NCBI GenBank assembly: GCA_038231275.1
Contig: JBBRLQ010000011.1
Span: 166,494-230,493 of the forward strand
DNA: 64,000 nucleotides
DNA from: Polyangiales bacterium
Lineage (GTDB): Bacteria; Myxococcota_A; Polyangia; Polyangiales; Polyangiaceae
Reading direction: 5' to 3'
Part shown: piece after piece, positions 21,543-31,212 of the stretch
Numbering within the stretch: the stretch's first letter is position 1
Layout of the letters: each line of letters opens with the position of its first letter
The notes under the pieces: generated by a model
Told to the model about the DNA's origin: nothing
Databases searched by the model: none
What the model saw: only the letters and a program-made list of their open reading frames with translations
Program-made: the position numbers and the translations under genes

Positions 21543-21730
21543 GCTTAATAGGGCTGGCGCTCAACTGAGCCCGTCCGCGCGCCCTGTCGGGTGCGCTCGG
21601 CGGCCCCACCGCCCCAGCCGACTGCTCTTTTGCCAGCCCTGGGCCAGCCTTTGGCCCCCCTCGTACTTCCCATTGCGCGTTTTTCTGGCGCAAGGAAAGG
21701 CGCGCGGACTCCGCGTAGCACCCCCACCTC

Positions 21731-24700
21731 TTGGCGACACCCTTTCAGGACGCGCTCTCGACGCTGAACGACCGCTCCCTGCGGCGCTTGCTGGGCGCGC
21801 GCGCGTTTTTGCGCGGCTACGACTACGTCCGAAGGCACGCGGTGGACGGGGTGTCCCTCGAGGAGACCAGCGCCAAGGCGCTCGTGCGGGGCAGCGAACC
21901 GGAGCCGTATCAGGTCGGGCTTCAGCTGACCCCCAGCGGGTTCTCGTCGACCTGCACGTGCCCGGCGTTCTCGAAGATCAACGGGCACTGCAAGCACGTC
22001 GCGGCGCTGCTCATCGCGCTGCGCGACCAGTCGCGTGGTCCTTCGCCACGCCCACAAACGCCACAGCACCCCGCGCCATTGCCGCCGGGCTTTTCGGGTT
22101 TTTCGGACGGCGCGCGCGCGCGCTCGCACGTGCAAGGGGAAGGATCGGGCTCACCGATGCAGAACGGGTACTCCGCGGGAGGGGACATGGACGGCGCAGG
22201 CGGCAGCAGCCGGCGCAAGCGTCGCGCGCAGCGGGCGATGAAGATGCTCCAGCAGCGCGGCGGATCGCAGGGCGGCCACGGCGGGGGCCAAGGAGGCCAA
22301 GGAGGGCACGGAGGCCAGCAAGGCGGTCACGGGCCGCGCCCCTACGTGCCTGGCACCGTGCCCACGGGCGTCGATGCGTGGCTCCCCGAGCCGCTCCCGA
22401 AGGTCCCCAAGCAGATCGAATACCGCCTCCAAGCCAAGTCCGGCGCGCTCACGATCACGCTGCTCGATCCCGACAACCGCACGCCGCTGCTCCCGAGCGC
22501 GCTGCTCGCGTCGCAAGGCGAGAAGCCCAGCGCCGATCGCGAGGCCATCCGCCTCCTCGCGCGTTTGGAGAACGAGGGCCCGCGCCGCGTCGGCATCGAG
22601 GTACGCGGAGAGGACGCCGCGGATCTGCTCCCGCACCTGAAGGGTCGCCGTGTCATCGTCGAGCCCCAGATGATGGAGCTCCGCTTCGGCGACGAGCCGC
22701 TTCGTCCGCGCTTCGATCTCGAGCTCTCGCCCGACGGCCAGCACGTGATGGTCAAGTCGAGCTTCCAGCGCGCCGGCGATCCGCGAAAATTCACGATGGC
22801 GCACGGCGCGTGGTTCGAGGGAAGCCCCGGCTGGTACGTCGATCCGCAAGAGGGCGTCGCGCGTCCGATCGATCGCCGCGTCTCTCCCGCCGCCGTTCGG
22901 CGCTTGTCGCGCGCGCCGTTCATCCACGAGCCGATCGACAACCTCCCCGCGCTCATCGCGTCGGGTCTCCCGAAGGTGGCCCTCGAGGTCGGCGCCGAGC
23001 TGCCCGAGCTCTCGCAGGTCGCGGACGTCGTCGATCTCGTGCCGACCTTCCGCATGCGCGCCGGCGGCACGCTCACCGAAGCCCGCGTCGCCCTCCGCGC
23101 CGCGTACGAGGACATCGAGCTCGACGTCCGCGCCGATGGCATGACGCCCCCGGTCATCGTGAAGCCCCCCGAGGAGGGCTCGACGAAGCGCGCACGATGC
23201 ATCCGTTGCGACATCGCCGCCCAACAAGAAGCGGCCGGCAAGCTCCGCGACCTGGGGCTCGTCCCCGACGAGGACGGCAACAACTTCCTGGCGCGCGGCG
23301 ACGACGCGATCCAGTTCTGGACGGAGGGCATCGGCGAGCTGCCGGAGGACTGGGATCTCTTCGTCCCCGACGATCTCGTCGACGTGCAGGTCCGCGGCGA
23401 GGCGCTGAACGCCAACGCGCGCGTATCGAGCGGCATGGACTGGCTGAGCCTCCGCCTCTCGTTCGAGAGCGAGGGCATCGCCGTCACGCAAGAGGAGCTC
23501 GGCAAATGCCTCGCCGAGGGGCGCCGCTACGTGCGCCTCGCCGACGGGAGCTTCGCGCGACTCGACGCCGCGAAGGTCCGCGAGGTGCTCAATCGCCAGG
23601 CGGAGATCCTGGCGACCGGCGGAGGGCTGGGGAGCAAGCTGCCGCTCTCGCAGGCGGGGCGCCTCCAGGAATTGCTCGAGGCGGTCGGCCGCGCCACCGT
23701 CTCCGACAGCGCCAAGGAGCTCTTCACGAAGCTCCGCGACATCGACGAGATCAAGGGCATCAAAAAGCCGCGGAACCTGAAGGCCACCCTACGCCCCTAT
23801 CAGGAGCAGGGCTTCCAATGGCTCTGGTTTTTGAACGAAATCGGCTCCGGCGGAATCCTCGCCGACGACATGGGTCTCGGAAAGACCGTGCAGACCCTCG
23901 CGCTCCTCCTCGCGATCAAGAACGCGGAGAAGGACGGCGCGCCGAAGGACAAGAACGGTCTACCCCGCAAATTCCAGGCGCTCATCGTCGCGCCCACGTC
24001 GGTCGTCACCAACTGGCTGCGCGAGATGGATAAGTTCGCGCCGTCGCTCAAGCACGCGCTCTGGCACGGCGCGGAGCGCAAAGAGCGGCAGGACGAGCTC
24101 GAGGACGCGGACGTCATCGTCACGAGCTACGCGCTCCTCCGCCGCGACGAGGAGCTGCTCGCCAAACTGGACTTGCGGTACGCGATCCTCGACGAGGCGC
24201 AGAACATCAAGAACCCGCTCTCGGCCACCGCGCGCGCCGCCAAGCGTCTCAAGGCGGACCGAAGGCTCGCCCTCTCGGGCACTCCTATCGAAAATCGCCT
24301 GAGCGAGATCTGGTCGATCTTCGACTTCGTGAGCCCCGGCCTCCTCGGCCCGCTCGACAAGTTCGAGGAGCGCTACGCGCGTCCCATCGACAACGGCGAT
24401 CAGAAGGCCGCCACGCGCCTCCGCGCGACGATCCATCCGTTCATCTTGCGCCGCACGAAGAGCGAGGTCGCCAAGGATCTCCCGGAGAAGATCGAGACCG
24501 ATCAGTTCTGCGAGCTCGCGGGCGAGCAAGGCGCGCTCTACGCCGCCGTCCTCAAGGAGGTCCGCGCGCAGGTCCTGGGCGAGGTCGAGCGGCAGGGCAT
24601 CGGTAAGAGCCACATCCAGATTCTGGCCGGCCTCACGCGCCTTCGTCAGGCGGCGTGCGATCCGCGCCTCCTCGGCCTGCCGCGCCAGTTCGGCGACGAC

Positions 24701-25219
24701 GACAGCGGGAAGCTACAAGCGTTTCGCGAGCTCATCGCCACCAGCGTCGCCGGTGGCCACAAGGTCCTCGTCTTCAGCCAGTTCGTCTCGATGCTGACGA
24801 TCATCCGGCGCGCGATGGAAGAGGACAAGGTCGCCTACGAGTACTTGGACGGCTCCACCAAGGATCGCCAGGAGCGCGTCGAGAATTTCCAGAGCGACGA
24901 CGGGCCTCCCGTCTTCCTCATTTCGCTCAAAGCGGGAGGCAGCGGACTCAACCTGACCGCCGCCGACACGGTCATCCACTTCGACCCGTGGTGGAACCCG
25001 GCGGTCGAGGACCAGGCGACCGATCGCGCGCACCGCATCGGCCAGACCAAGGTCGTCACCACCTACCGCCTCATCGCCAAGGGCACGATCGAGGAGAAGA
25101 TCATCGAGCTCGGCGGCAAGAAGCGGGAGCTCGTGGGGGCGGTTCTCAGCGAGGATCTCGGCGGCGCCAAGAAGCTCACGCGCCAGGATCTCGACGATCT
25201 TTTCAAGTTCGACGATTGA
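21731..25219 (+). CDS. SWIM zinc finger + SNF2-family helicase
   Basis: CTCP...CKHVAA SWIM; LRPYQ; GILADDMGLGKT; ILDEAQNIKN; LSGTPIEN; LRRTK; VFSQF; GLNLTAAD; QATDRAHRIGQ. The TTG start is less certain. Confidence 0.93.
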   Translation: MATPFQDALSTLNDRSLRRLLGARAFLRGYDYVRRHAVDGVSLEETSAKALVRGSEPEPYQVGLQLTPSGFSSTCTCPAFSKINGHCKHVAALLIALRDQSRGPSPRPQTPQHPAPLPPGFSGFSDGARARSHVQGEGSGSPMQNGYSAGGDMDGAGGSSRRKRRAQRAMKMLQQRGGSQGGHGGGQGGQGGHGGQQGGHGPRPYVPGTVPTGVDAWLPEPLPKVPKQIEYRLQAKSGALTITLLDPDNRTPLLPSALLASQGEKPSADREAIRLLARLENEGPRRVGIEVRGEDAADLLPHLKGRRVIVEPQMMELRFGDEPLRPRFDLELSPDGQHVMVKSSFQRAGDPRKFTMAHGAWFEGSPGWYVDPQEGVARPIDRRVSPAAVRRLSRAPFIHEPIDNLPALIASGLPKVALEVGAELPELSQVADVVDLVPTFRMRAGGTLTEARVALRAAYEDIELDVRADGMTPPVIVKPPEEGSTKRARCIRCDIAAQQEAAGKLRDLGLVPDEDGNNFLARGDDAIQFWTEGIGELPEDWDLFVPDDLVDVQVRGEALNANARVSSGMDWLSLRLSFESEGIAVTQEELGKCLAEGRRYVRLADGSFARLDAAKVREVLNRQAEILATGGGLGSKLPLSQAGRLQELLEAVGRATVSDSAKELFTKLRDIDEIKGIKKPRNLKATLRPYQEQGFQWLWFLNEIGSGGILADDMGLGKTVQTLALLLAIKNAEKDGAPKDKNGLPRKFQALIVAPTSVVTNWLREMDKFAPSLKHALWHGAERKERQDELEDADVIVTSYALLRRDEELLAKLDLRYAILDEAQNIKNPLSATARAAKRLKADRRLALSGTPIENRLSEIWSIFDFVSPGLLGPLDKFEERYARPIDNGDQKAATRLRATIHPFILRRTKSEVAKDLPEKIETDQFCELAGEQGALYAAVLKEVRAQVLGEVERQGIGKSHIQILAGLTRLRQAACDPRLLGLPRQFGDDDSGKLQAFRELIATSVAGGHKVLVFSQFVSMLTIIRRAMEEDKVAYEYLDGSTKDRQERVENFQSDDGPPVFLISLKAGGSGLNLTAADTVIHFDPWWNPAVEDQATDRAHRIGQTKVVTTYRLIAKGTIEEKIIELGGKKRELVGAVLSEDLGGAKKLTRQDLDDLFKFDD

Positions 25220-25251
25220 GTGGAGCGCGGGCAAGCGTGTAGTCTGCCGGG

Positions 25252-25803
25252 ATGATTTGGCTGTCCAACTCCACGCTCGCGCGCCTCCGTGATCAGCTCC
25301 GCACGAAGGGGCAGCGCCCAAGCGTCGTCGCGCCCTCGCCCGCGATGTCGCCCGACGCGGTCGAGATGATGCAGATCCTCGCCGAGTACGGGCCGCTGTG
25401 CGAGGCGATGTACCTGATGATGAGCGCCGACGGGAAGGTCACCAACGACGAGCGCGAGGTCCTGAAGGGCGCGCTTCGCAACTTGTCGGCGGACGGCCTT
25501 CGCTCCGCGCACATCGAGGCGATGCTCGACGCGGCGGCGAGGAACGTGGCCGACCAGGGGCGCGACAAGCGCATGCAGGACGTGATCAACACGCTCCACG
25601 AGGACAAGGTCCGCGCCGAGGTGGCCTTCGTGCTGGCGGCGGCCATCGCGTTCGCCGACAACGCCATCGCCGACGAAGAGAACGACACGCTGAACGCGAT
25701 GGCCGAGGGCCTCGGCATCGACGAGGCGCGCGCGAACGAGCTGCTCGACAGCGTCGAATCGGACATGTCCAGCGGGTCCAGCGGCGGTCCGACCGCCGGG
25801 TGA
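25252..25803 (+). CDS. TerB-like domain protein
   Basis: EAMYLMMSADGKVTNDEREVL ... AAAIAFADNAIADEENDTL..MAEGLGI. Confidence 0.8.
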   Translation: MIWLSNSTLARLRDQLRTKGQRPSVVAPSPAMSPDAVEMMQILAEYGPLCEAMYLMMSADGKVTNDEREVLKGALRNLSADGLRSAHIEAMLDAAARNVADQGRDKRMQDVINTLHEDKVRAEVAFVLAAAIAFADNAIADEENDTLNAMAEGLGIDEARANELLDSVESDMSSGSSGGPTAG

Positions 25804-25842
25804 CGTCGTCGACACCTTCGACGTCGCGGACCTAGGAACACA

Positions 25843-25886
25843 GGCGCCGACGTTGGCGGGTGACGGCGCCAACGTTGGCGCCGTCA
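25843..25886. promoter_or_regulatory. Tandem palindromic operator-like site, including a perfect 26-bp palindrome
   Basis: tgacggcgccaacgttggcgccgtca at 25861-25886; a 15/16 copy of its core ggcgccRacgttggcg at 25843, 22 bp upstream. Confidence 0.55.
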
Positions 25887-26059
25887 ATGCGAGTCCGGCG
25901 AGCCCCATCGCGCTCATGACCACGAGCCCAGGTGACCGCCGTCCGGGACCTCGACGCCGAGCGTAGCCACGCGGGAGGAGGACGGGGTGCCCGAGCATCC
26001 GGGCACGGAAGCTTTGGCGGTCCGTGCTCGGCGGGTCCGTTAGAATCCAGTCGTCGACG

Positions 26060-27613
26060 ATGAAGACTTCGCACGTGATCGCCGCCATGCTCTGCCTCGC
26101 CGCCATCGCCGGGGGCGTCTTTGCATATCGCACGATGCGCACGCCGCCCGTGCTCGAACCGAGTGCCATTCTTGCGGTCGGCACCGACGACGTCCTCGTC
26201 TCACATCGGTCGGAGCTGGGCGACGTCACCGAGCTCGAGCTTCTCCACGCGAGAGATGGCGCCTCGGTGTGGCGCGCTCCGATGCCGCCGATACAGCCGG
26301 AAGCGTCGGCGCTCGCCGTCAGCGGCGGCCTCGCGGTGATGGCGAGCCAAGCGGACCGCGGGGGCAGTGGCGCGATGCTCATCGCCATCTCCGTTGCGGA
26401 CGGGCACACGAAGTGGACCGCCAAGGTCGAGCAAGGGCTGCGTGCGATTTGGGCTGAAAAGGGCGCCGTCGTCGTCTCCACACACGAGTCCAGCCTGCGC
26501 GCGTTCGATCTCGAGACCGGCGTCGCGCGCTGGGAAGCCAAAGGGGTCGCCGAACAGCACGCGCCGATCTTCGTGGGCGGTTCGCTCATTTTTCCAACCG
26601 CGCACGCCCTTCAGCCGGCGCTCCGTGTCGTCGATCTCCGGAGCGGCGCCGCGCGCGACGTGCCCCGCGGGCTTCGCTGGCCCGGCGCGGTGGTCGACGA
26701 CCGTTACTACGCGATCCATGGCGCCGGCGGCGGTGACGAGCTCGCCGGCGCAGCCGCGTTGGCGACCGGGCGCGACCCCGTCCTTCCCGATGCGGAGGCG
26801 AGGCTCGACGTTGCCGCGAAGGGGACCGTCCTCGCCGAGCTGATGCTCGCGACCGGAAGCGTGGAGCCCGTGCGGATCGGCGACGCGCCCGTCACGCTCC
26901 CTGACCATTGCGTGCGAGGCACCTTCTTCACGCTGTGGAAGGACAGAGTCGTCTGCGATCTCTACAGTCCGAACCGGGGCGACGACGAGAAGCCTCTCGT
27001 CTCGCGCTCGTGGAAGCAGGTCGCTGGGCCGCGCGAGCTTCAGCCCGCGCCCGGGTTTCGTTTCTGGGGCGGCGGCTCCTCGGAGCACGAGTGGCTCCAC
27101 CGCGACGACTGGCCGTTCCTCGCCGCGCGGACCCGCTTCGTGCCGATGGTGCAGAACGAGCTGCGCACCGACAACGCGCGACTCTGCGTGCTCGACCTCG
27201 AGGAGCTGCGCTTGACGTGGTGCAGCGAGCGCACGATCACGCAGGACAAGGTCGAGATCTACGGCTGGCTTCACATCGAGACCCGCGGCGACGTTCACCT
27301 CATTCACTTGCCGCTCCGAAAGACAGCGCGCGCGAGCGTTGGGCCGCTCCTCGTCCTCGACGGAAATACCGGCAAATTCCGCGGTGCGGTCGATCTGCGC
27401 GCGCCGCCACCGCATGACATCGGCGGCTTTCCGTCGCTCCTTTCGCATCCCGCCCCGCGCTCTGGCCCGATCCTCGTCGTCGCCCGCGACGGCTTTCTCT
27501 TCGGCCTCGACCTCGCGACGCTGACGCTCACGTTCCAGCGAGGGCCGGTGCGCCTCACCGTGATGTCGGCGATCTCCGAAGCCGAGTCGCTGCTCGGCCA
27601 ACTGCCACGCTGA
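26060..27613 (+). CDS. Membrane-anchored/exported PQQ-like beta-propeller repeat protein
   Basis: N-terminal hydrophobic segment; repeats ARDGASVW, VADGHTKW, AFDLETGVARW, VVDLRSG, LDGNTG. Confidence 0.65.
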   Translation: MKTSHVIAAMLCLAAIAGGVFAYRTMRTPPVLEPSAILAVGTDDVLVSHRSELGDVTELELLHARDGASVWRAPMPPIQPEASALAVSGGLAVMASQADRGGSGAMLIAISVADGHTKWTAKVEQGLRAIWAEKGAVVVSTHESSLRAFDLETGVARWEAKGVAEQHAPIFVGGSLIFPTAHALQPALRVVDLRSGAARDVPRGLRWPGAVVDDRYYAIHGAGGGDELAGAAALATGRDPVLPDAEARLDVAAKGTVLAELMLATGSVEPVRIGDAPVTLPDHCVRGTFFTLWKDRVVCDLYSPNRGDDEKPLVSRSWKQVAGPRELQPAPGFRFWGGGSSEHEWLHRDDWPFLAARTRFVPMVQNELRTDNARLCVLDLEELRLTWCSERTITQDKVEIYGWLHIETRGDVHLIHLPLRKTARASVGPLLVLDGNTGKFRGAVDLRAPPPHDIGGFPSLLSHPAPRSGPILVVARDGFLFGLDLATLTLTFQRGPVRLTVMSAISEAESLLGQLPR

Positions 27614-27736
27614 GTCACGCACAATGCTGACAGCGAGCCGACGACGAAGGCGGTCGCGACCGCGAGACGGGACGCAGCGCGATGGGTGTTCATCCACGAA
27701 ATCCTGCAGGTCGCGCCCGCGCCGACACGTCGTCGC

Positions 27737-28060
27737 CTACGTCAGGCGCGGCACCAACGCCGGCGCGAAGGTGCCCGACGCGATCGCCGTGGCGCAACTC
27801 CGCACCTCTTCTCGAAACGCGTCGAGACCGGCCCCCGCGAGCTTCGAGGCGCCGCGCTCGAGGAGACGGACCGCCGACTCGGGACCGTTCATGACGACGA
27901 GCTTGTGGAAGCCTGCGGCGATCTGGATGAGACCCTGAAGCTGGAGGCGACGCGACGGATCGGTCTCCACCTTCCACAGCTCCTCCCACGCCTCGTGCGC
28001 AGCGAAGAACTCGCCGCGGTCGAAGAGGGTCGCGCCAGGGAGAAGGACGGGATCGATCAA
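27737..28060 (-). CDS. DUF309 domain protein
   Basis: LFDRGEFFAAHEAWEELW...LQGLIQIAAGFHK; start uncertain (TTG 28060). Confidence 0.8.
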   Translation of the reverse strand: MIDPVLLPGATLFDRGEFFAAHEAWEELWKVETDPSRRLQLQGLIQIAAGFHKLVVMNGPESAVRLLERGASKLAGAGLDAFREEVRSCATAIASGTFAPALVPRLT

Positions 28061-28160
28061 GGGTTCACGTCGAGCATACCGTCCGGCGGTCAGTCGGTCG
28101 TGGCCGCGTCCGTGCCCCCGTCCACCACGGCGGAGCGGCGCCCCGACTGCGAGCCAGGCG

Positions 28161-28919
28161 CTACGGCGACGCGACGAACGCGCGGATGGCGTCGGCGAGC
28201 GCCACGTGTGCGGCTTCGTCGCCCGCATGGAACGCGGTCGTGAGCGGCTCGCGTGCGCCGTCCTTGCGGACGATCGTGACGCGGTGCCGATCGGGGGCGG
28301 CCTCTGGGATCCCCTCGACGACGACGTCGGCGATCTCGGCGCGCGCGGTGCTCTTCGCGCGTGAGCGCAGCGGCCAGAGCGTACGTACGACACGCACTGC
28401 GTCCATGTCGGCGTCGAGCTCGACGCGCACGCGCGGTGCCGATCGGTACGCGAGGGCGCCGAGGATTGCGAGGGCGGCGGCGAGGACCGCGTAGAAGATC
28501 CCGAGGCCGGCGCCTCGCTCCGCGCGCGCGTCGACCTGGCGCGCGGCGGGATCGACGAGGAACGCGCTGATCTCGCGGACGATGCGCGCGGCCACGTCCG
28601 GCGGGAGGTCTTCGTCCACCGCGATCGGTCCGTCCGGCGTGATCAACGCGATGCCGGTCGCGCCCGACTGCCCACCCTCGAGCCGCGCACCAAGGACCGA
28701 CGCGAGCGGCACCTCCCGACGCGCCACCGTCAGCACGCGCGCGTGCTCGATCGTGCAGGCTCCATCGCGCGCCGACGGACCCGTCCGAACGCACGAGATC
28801 CGTACCTCCCGCTCGCCCAGAACCGCGGGCGCCGCAGCAAGCGGACCCACCGCGAGCGCGAGCGCGAGGAGGCGCGTTGCCCCCCCGAACGGGTACTCAT
28901 GGACGGTGGTGTCGGGCAT
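28161..28919 (-). CDS. Hypothetical membrane protein (2 TM)
   Basis: ATG 28919; two hydrophobic segments flanking a C..C periplasmic domain. Confidence 0.55.
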   Translation of the reverse strand: MPDTTVHEYPFGGATRLLALALAVGPLAAAPAVLGEREVRISCVRTGPSARDGACTIEHARVLTVARREVPLASVLGARLEGGQSGATGIALITPDGPIAVDEDLPPDVAARIVREISAFLVDPAARQVDARAERGAGLGIFYAVLAAALAILGALAYRSAPRVRVELDADMDAVRVVRTLWPLRSRAKSTARAEIADVVVEGIPEAAPDRHRVTIVRKDGAREPLTTAFHAGDEAAHVALADAIRAFVASP

Positions 28920-28991
28920 ATTTTGCTCGGCGCGCGAGAATATCGTCCGCCGACTGGCGCTGGTACGGGCATTTTGCGTACCTTTTTGTAC

Positions 28992-31208
28992 GTGACCGAC
29001 AAACCTGGCTTTCCCGGCGCGGGCGCCCCGCTCGAACGCGTGGGTGGCTACCGCGTCGTTCGGCGCATCGCGACGGGGGGGACGAGCGACGTCCTCCTCG
29101 CGCGCGCCGAGGGGCCGCACGGGTTTGGGCGCACGGTCGTCCTGAAGCGCCTGCTCAGCGAGTACCAGCGCGATCCGACGTTCGAGCGCATGTTCGCCCG
29201 CGAGGCGAGCGCCTACGCGCGCCTGTCGCACCCGGCGATCGTGAAGCTCTACGACTTCTTCTCGATCGATGGCCGTCTCGTGATGGTCCTCGAGTACATC
29301 GACGGGCTGCCGCTCAATCGCCTGCGGGCGTCGCTGCGAGGGATCGGGCACGCGCTCGACGATCGCGCGTCGATCTACGTCTGCGCGCGCATCTTCGCGG
29401 CGCTCGCGGCGGCGCACAACGCGCGGGACGTCGACAGCGGAGAGTACTCGCCCGTCATCCACCGCGACGTGAACCCCTCGAACGTCCTCGTGCCTTGGGA
29501 CGGCCACGTGAAGCTCGCCGATTTCGGCATCGCCAAGCTCGCGGGCGTCCCGAGCGACACGCAGGTCGGGCTCATCAAGGGCACCTACGGGTACATGGCC
29601 CCCGAGCAGGTGAAGGGGGAGGCGATCACCGTGCGCGCCGACGTGTACGCAGGCGCGATCGTCCTATGGGAGCTCTTGGCGCGGCGAAAGGCGATCCAGC
29701 GCGGCGCGCTGCCGGAGATGGAGGTCCTGCGCGCGATGGCGGAGCCGAGCCTCGTGTCGCTCGACGTCCTTCGGCCGGACGTGGACAAGTCGGTGCGCGA
29801 CGCCGTGCGGCGAGGCCTCGAGGCGCAGCAGGATCGCCGCGCCATCACCGCCGACGAGATGCTCGCAATCCTGAAGAATGCGGTGCCGAGCGAGCTCGGT
29901 CGGCTCGCGCTCGTCGACGCGATGGCGCTGGTCCGGCCCATCCCCGCCAGCGACATCATGGCGCCGACCGAGTCGAAGCCGAGCATCGTGGACACGACGC
30001 CCGACGCCCACGGCCCGGTCTTGCCGCTCCAGGAGTCGGAGGTCGAGGCGCTCGCCAAGGCGTTCGTGCAGCTCGCGCCGGCGACGAAGCCTCCTCCGCC
30101 TCGTCCGCGAACGCTCCAGTCCGCGCAGAGCACGGCGACGCCGGCTCCGCCGTCGGCCGCGCCGGACCGCCCGACGTTCCCGCCGCCGACGCTCGCGTCC
30201 TCCGAGCCCAAGCCATCGACGACGACCCGCTTCGCGCCGCCGTCGCCCGCCGCCGAGCCGCCAAAACCGTCGACACTTCGTTTTGGCTCGGCCTCGGCGG
30301 CGGGCCCTCGAGCGCAGATCGTCGTCGCGGTGGCACCGGCCGGCGCCCAGGTGCAGCCCCCTTCCCAGCCGACGCAAACGAAGGGGTTTCCCGCGAGCCT
30401 CGGCGGAGCGAGCCCCCGAAGCGCCCCCAATGGCCCGCAGACGACGCAGCCGATGCGCACGGTCGAGGGGGCTCAGTCGCCGACGGGCACGCTCATCGTG
30501 AATCCGCCCCCGCTGCCAGCCCGCCGCGACTCGCCGGCATCGCAGCCGCGGACGGGCTCGCCGAACGAGTCGCCGCAACAACAGCAGCAGCAGGCGCAAC
30601 AGCAGCAGCAGCAACAGCAGCCGCAAGCGCAACAGCAGCAACAGGTAGGCGCGGGATCGGCGCAGTCCCCTCTCCAGGCGTACTACGCTCCGCCGCCGCA
30701 GCGGCCCGCGCAGCCGTCGTTCCCGAACAGCGGCGCGCCGCTGCCGATCTTGCCGGACATTCGTCCCGAGCGTCGAACGGGAGGAATGCTGCTCGCCGCG
30801 GTGGGGCTTCTGACGTTGTCTCTCGGGATCGCGGGGCTTCTCCTTTGGGCTCGTCAACGCCGCGCGACCGCCGCCCTCCCTGTCTCGACGATGACCGCCC
30901 CGCCAAATTCCTCGGCCCCGACCTCGACCCCGACCCCGACCCCGACCCCGACTCCGACTCCGACTCCGACTCCGACTCCGACTCCGACTCCGACTCCGAC
31001 TCCGACCCCGACCCCGACCTCCGATCAAGGGGATCTCAAAACTGCGGATGCCCCCTCCGGGCGGCGGGTCTTCGTCGATGGGAAGGTCGTCGCGCAGACG
31101 CCGGAGACGGTCCACCTCACGTGTGGCCCGCACGTCGTGAAGGTCGGGAGCGCCGGCAAGGAGCAGAACGTTGACGTTCCGTGCGGCGGCGAAGTCTCGG
31201 TGAAGTAG
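28992..31208 (+). CDS. Membrane Ser/Thr protein kinase with Pro-rich/poly-Q linker, TM, PT repeats and PEGA-like domain
   Basis: VLKRL, HPAIV, HRDVNPSN, DFGIAK, GTYGYMAPE; TM LLAAVGLLTLSLGIAGLLLW; VFVDGKVVAQTP. Confidence 0.92.
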   Translation: MTDKPGFPGAGAPLERVGGYRVVRRIATGGTSDVLLARAEGPHGFGRTVVLKRLLSEYQRDPTFERMFAREASAYARLSHPAIVKLYDFFSIDGRLVMVLEYIDGLPLNRLRASLRGIGHALDDRASIYVCARIFAALAAAHNARDVDSGEYSPVIHRDVNPSNVLVPWDGHVKLADFGIAKLAGVPSDTQVGLIKGTYGYMAPEQVKGEAITVRADVYAGAIVLWELLARRKAIQRGALPEMEVLRAMAEPSLVSLDVLRPDVDKSVRDAVRRGLEAQQDRRAITADEMLAILKNAVPSELGRLALVDAMALVRPIPASDIMAPTESKPSIVDTTPDAHGPVLPLQESEVEALAKAFVQLAPATKPPPPRPRTLQSAQSTATPAPPSAAPDRPTFPPPTLASSEPKPSTTTRFAPPSPAAEPPKPSTLRFGSASAAGPRAQIVVAVAPAGAQVQPPSQPTQTKGFPASLGGASPRSAPNGPQTTQPMRTVEGAQSPTGTLIVNPPPLPARRDSPASQPRTGSPNESPQQQQQQAQQQQQQQQPQAQQQQQVGAGSAQSPLQAYYAPPPQRPAQPSFPNSGAPLPILPDIRPERRTGGMLLAAVGLLTLSLGIAGLLLWARQRRATAALPVSTMTAPPNSSAPTSTPTPTPTPTPTPTPTPTPTPTPTPTPTPTPTSDQGDLKTADAPSGRRVFVDGKVVAQTPETVHLTCGPHVVKVGSAGKEQNVDVPCGGEVSVK
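30576..30644 (+). repeat. CAG/CAA poly-Gln tract in the kinase linker
   Basis: QQQQQQAQQQQQQQQPQAQQQQQ. Confidence 0.85.
30918..31019 (+). repeat. Hexamer repeat (ccgacY)x17 encoding a Pro-Thr linker
   Basis: Visible directly; one unit is tcgacc. Confidence 0.9.
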
Positions 31209-31212
31209 CTTC

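Noticed and set aside
21550..21640. Cloverleaf-like fold as a tRNA
   Set aside because: No TTC T-loop, D-loop GG or 7-nt anticodon loop; kept only as a candidate leader RNA.
21731..25803. Named anti-phage system or ter operon
   Set aside because: No nuclease, methylase or other ter genes; SWIM-SNF2 is a common chromosomal gene.
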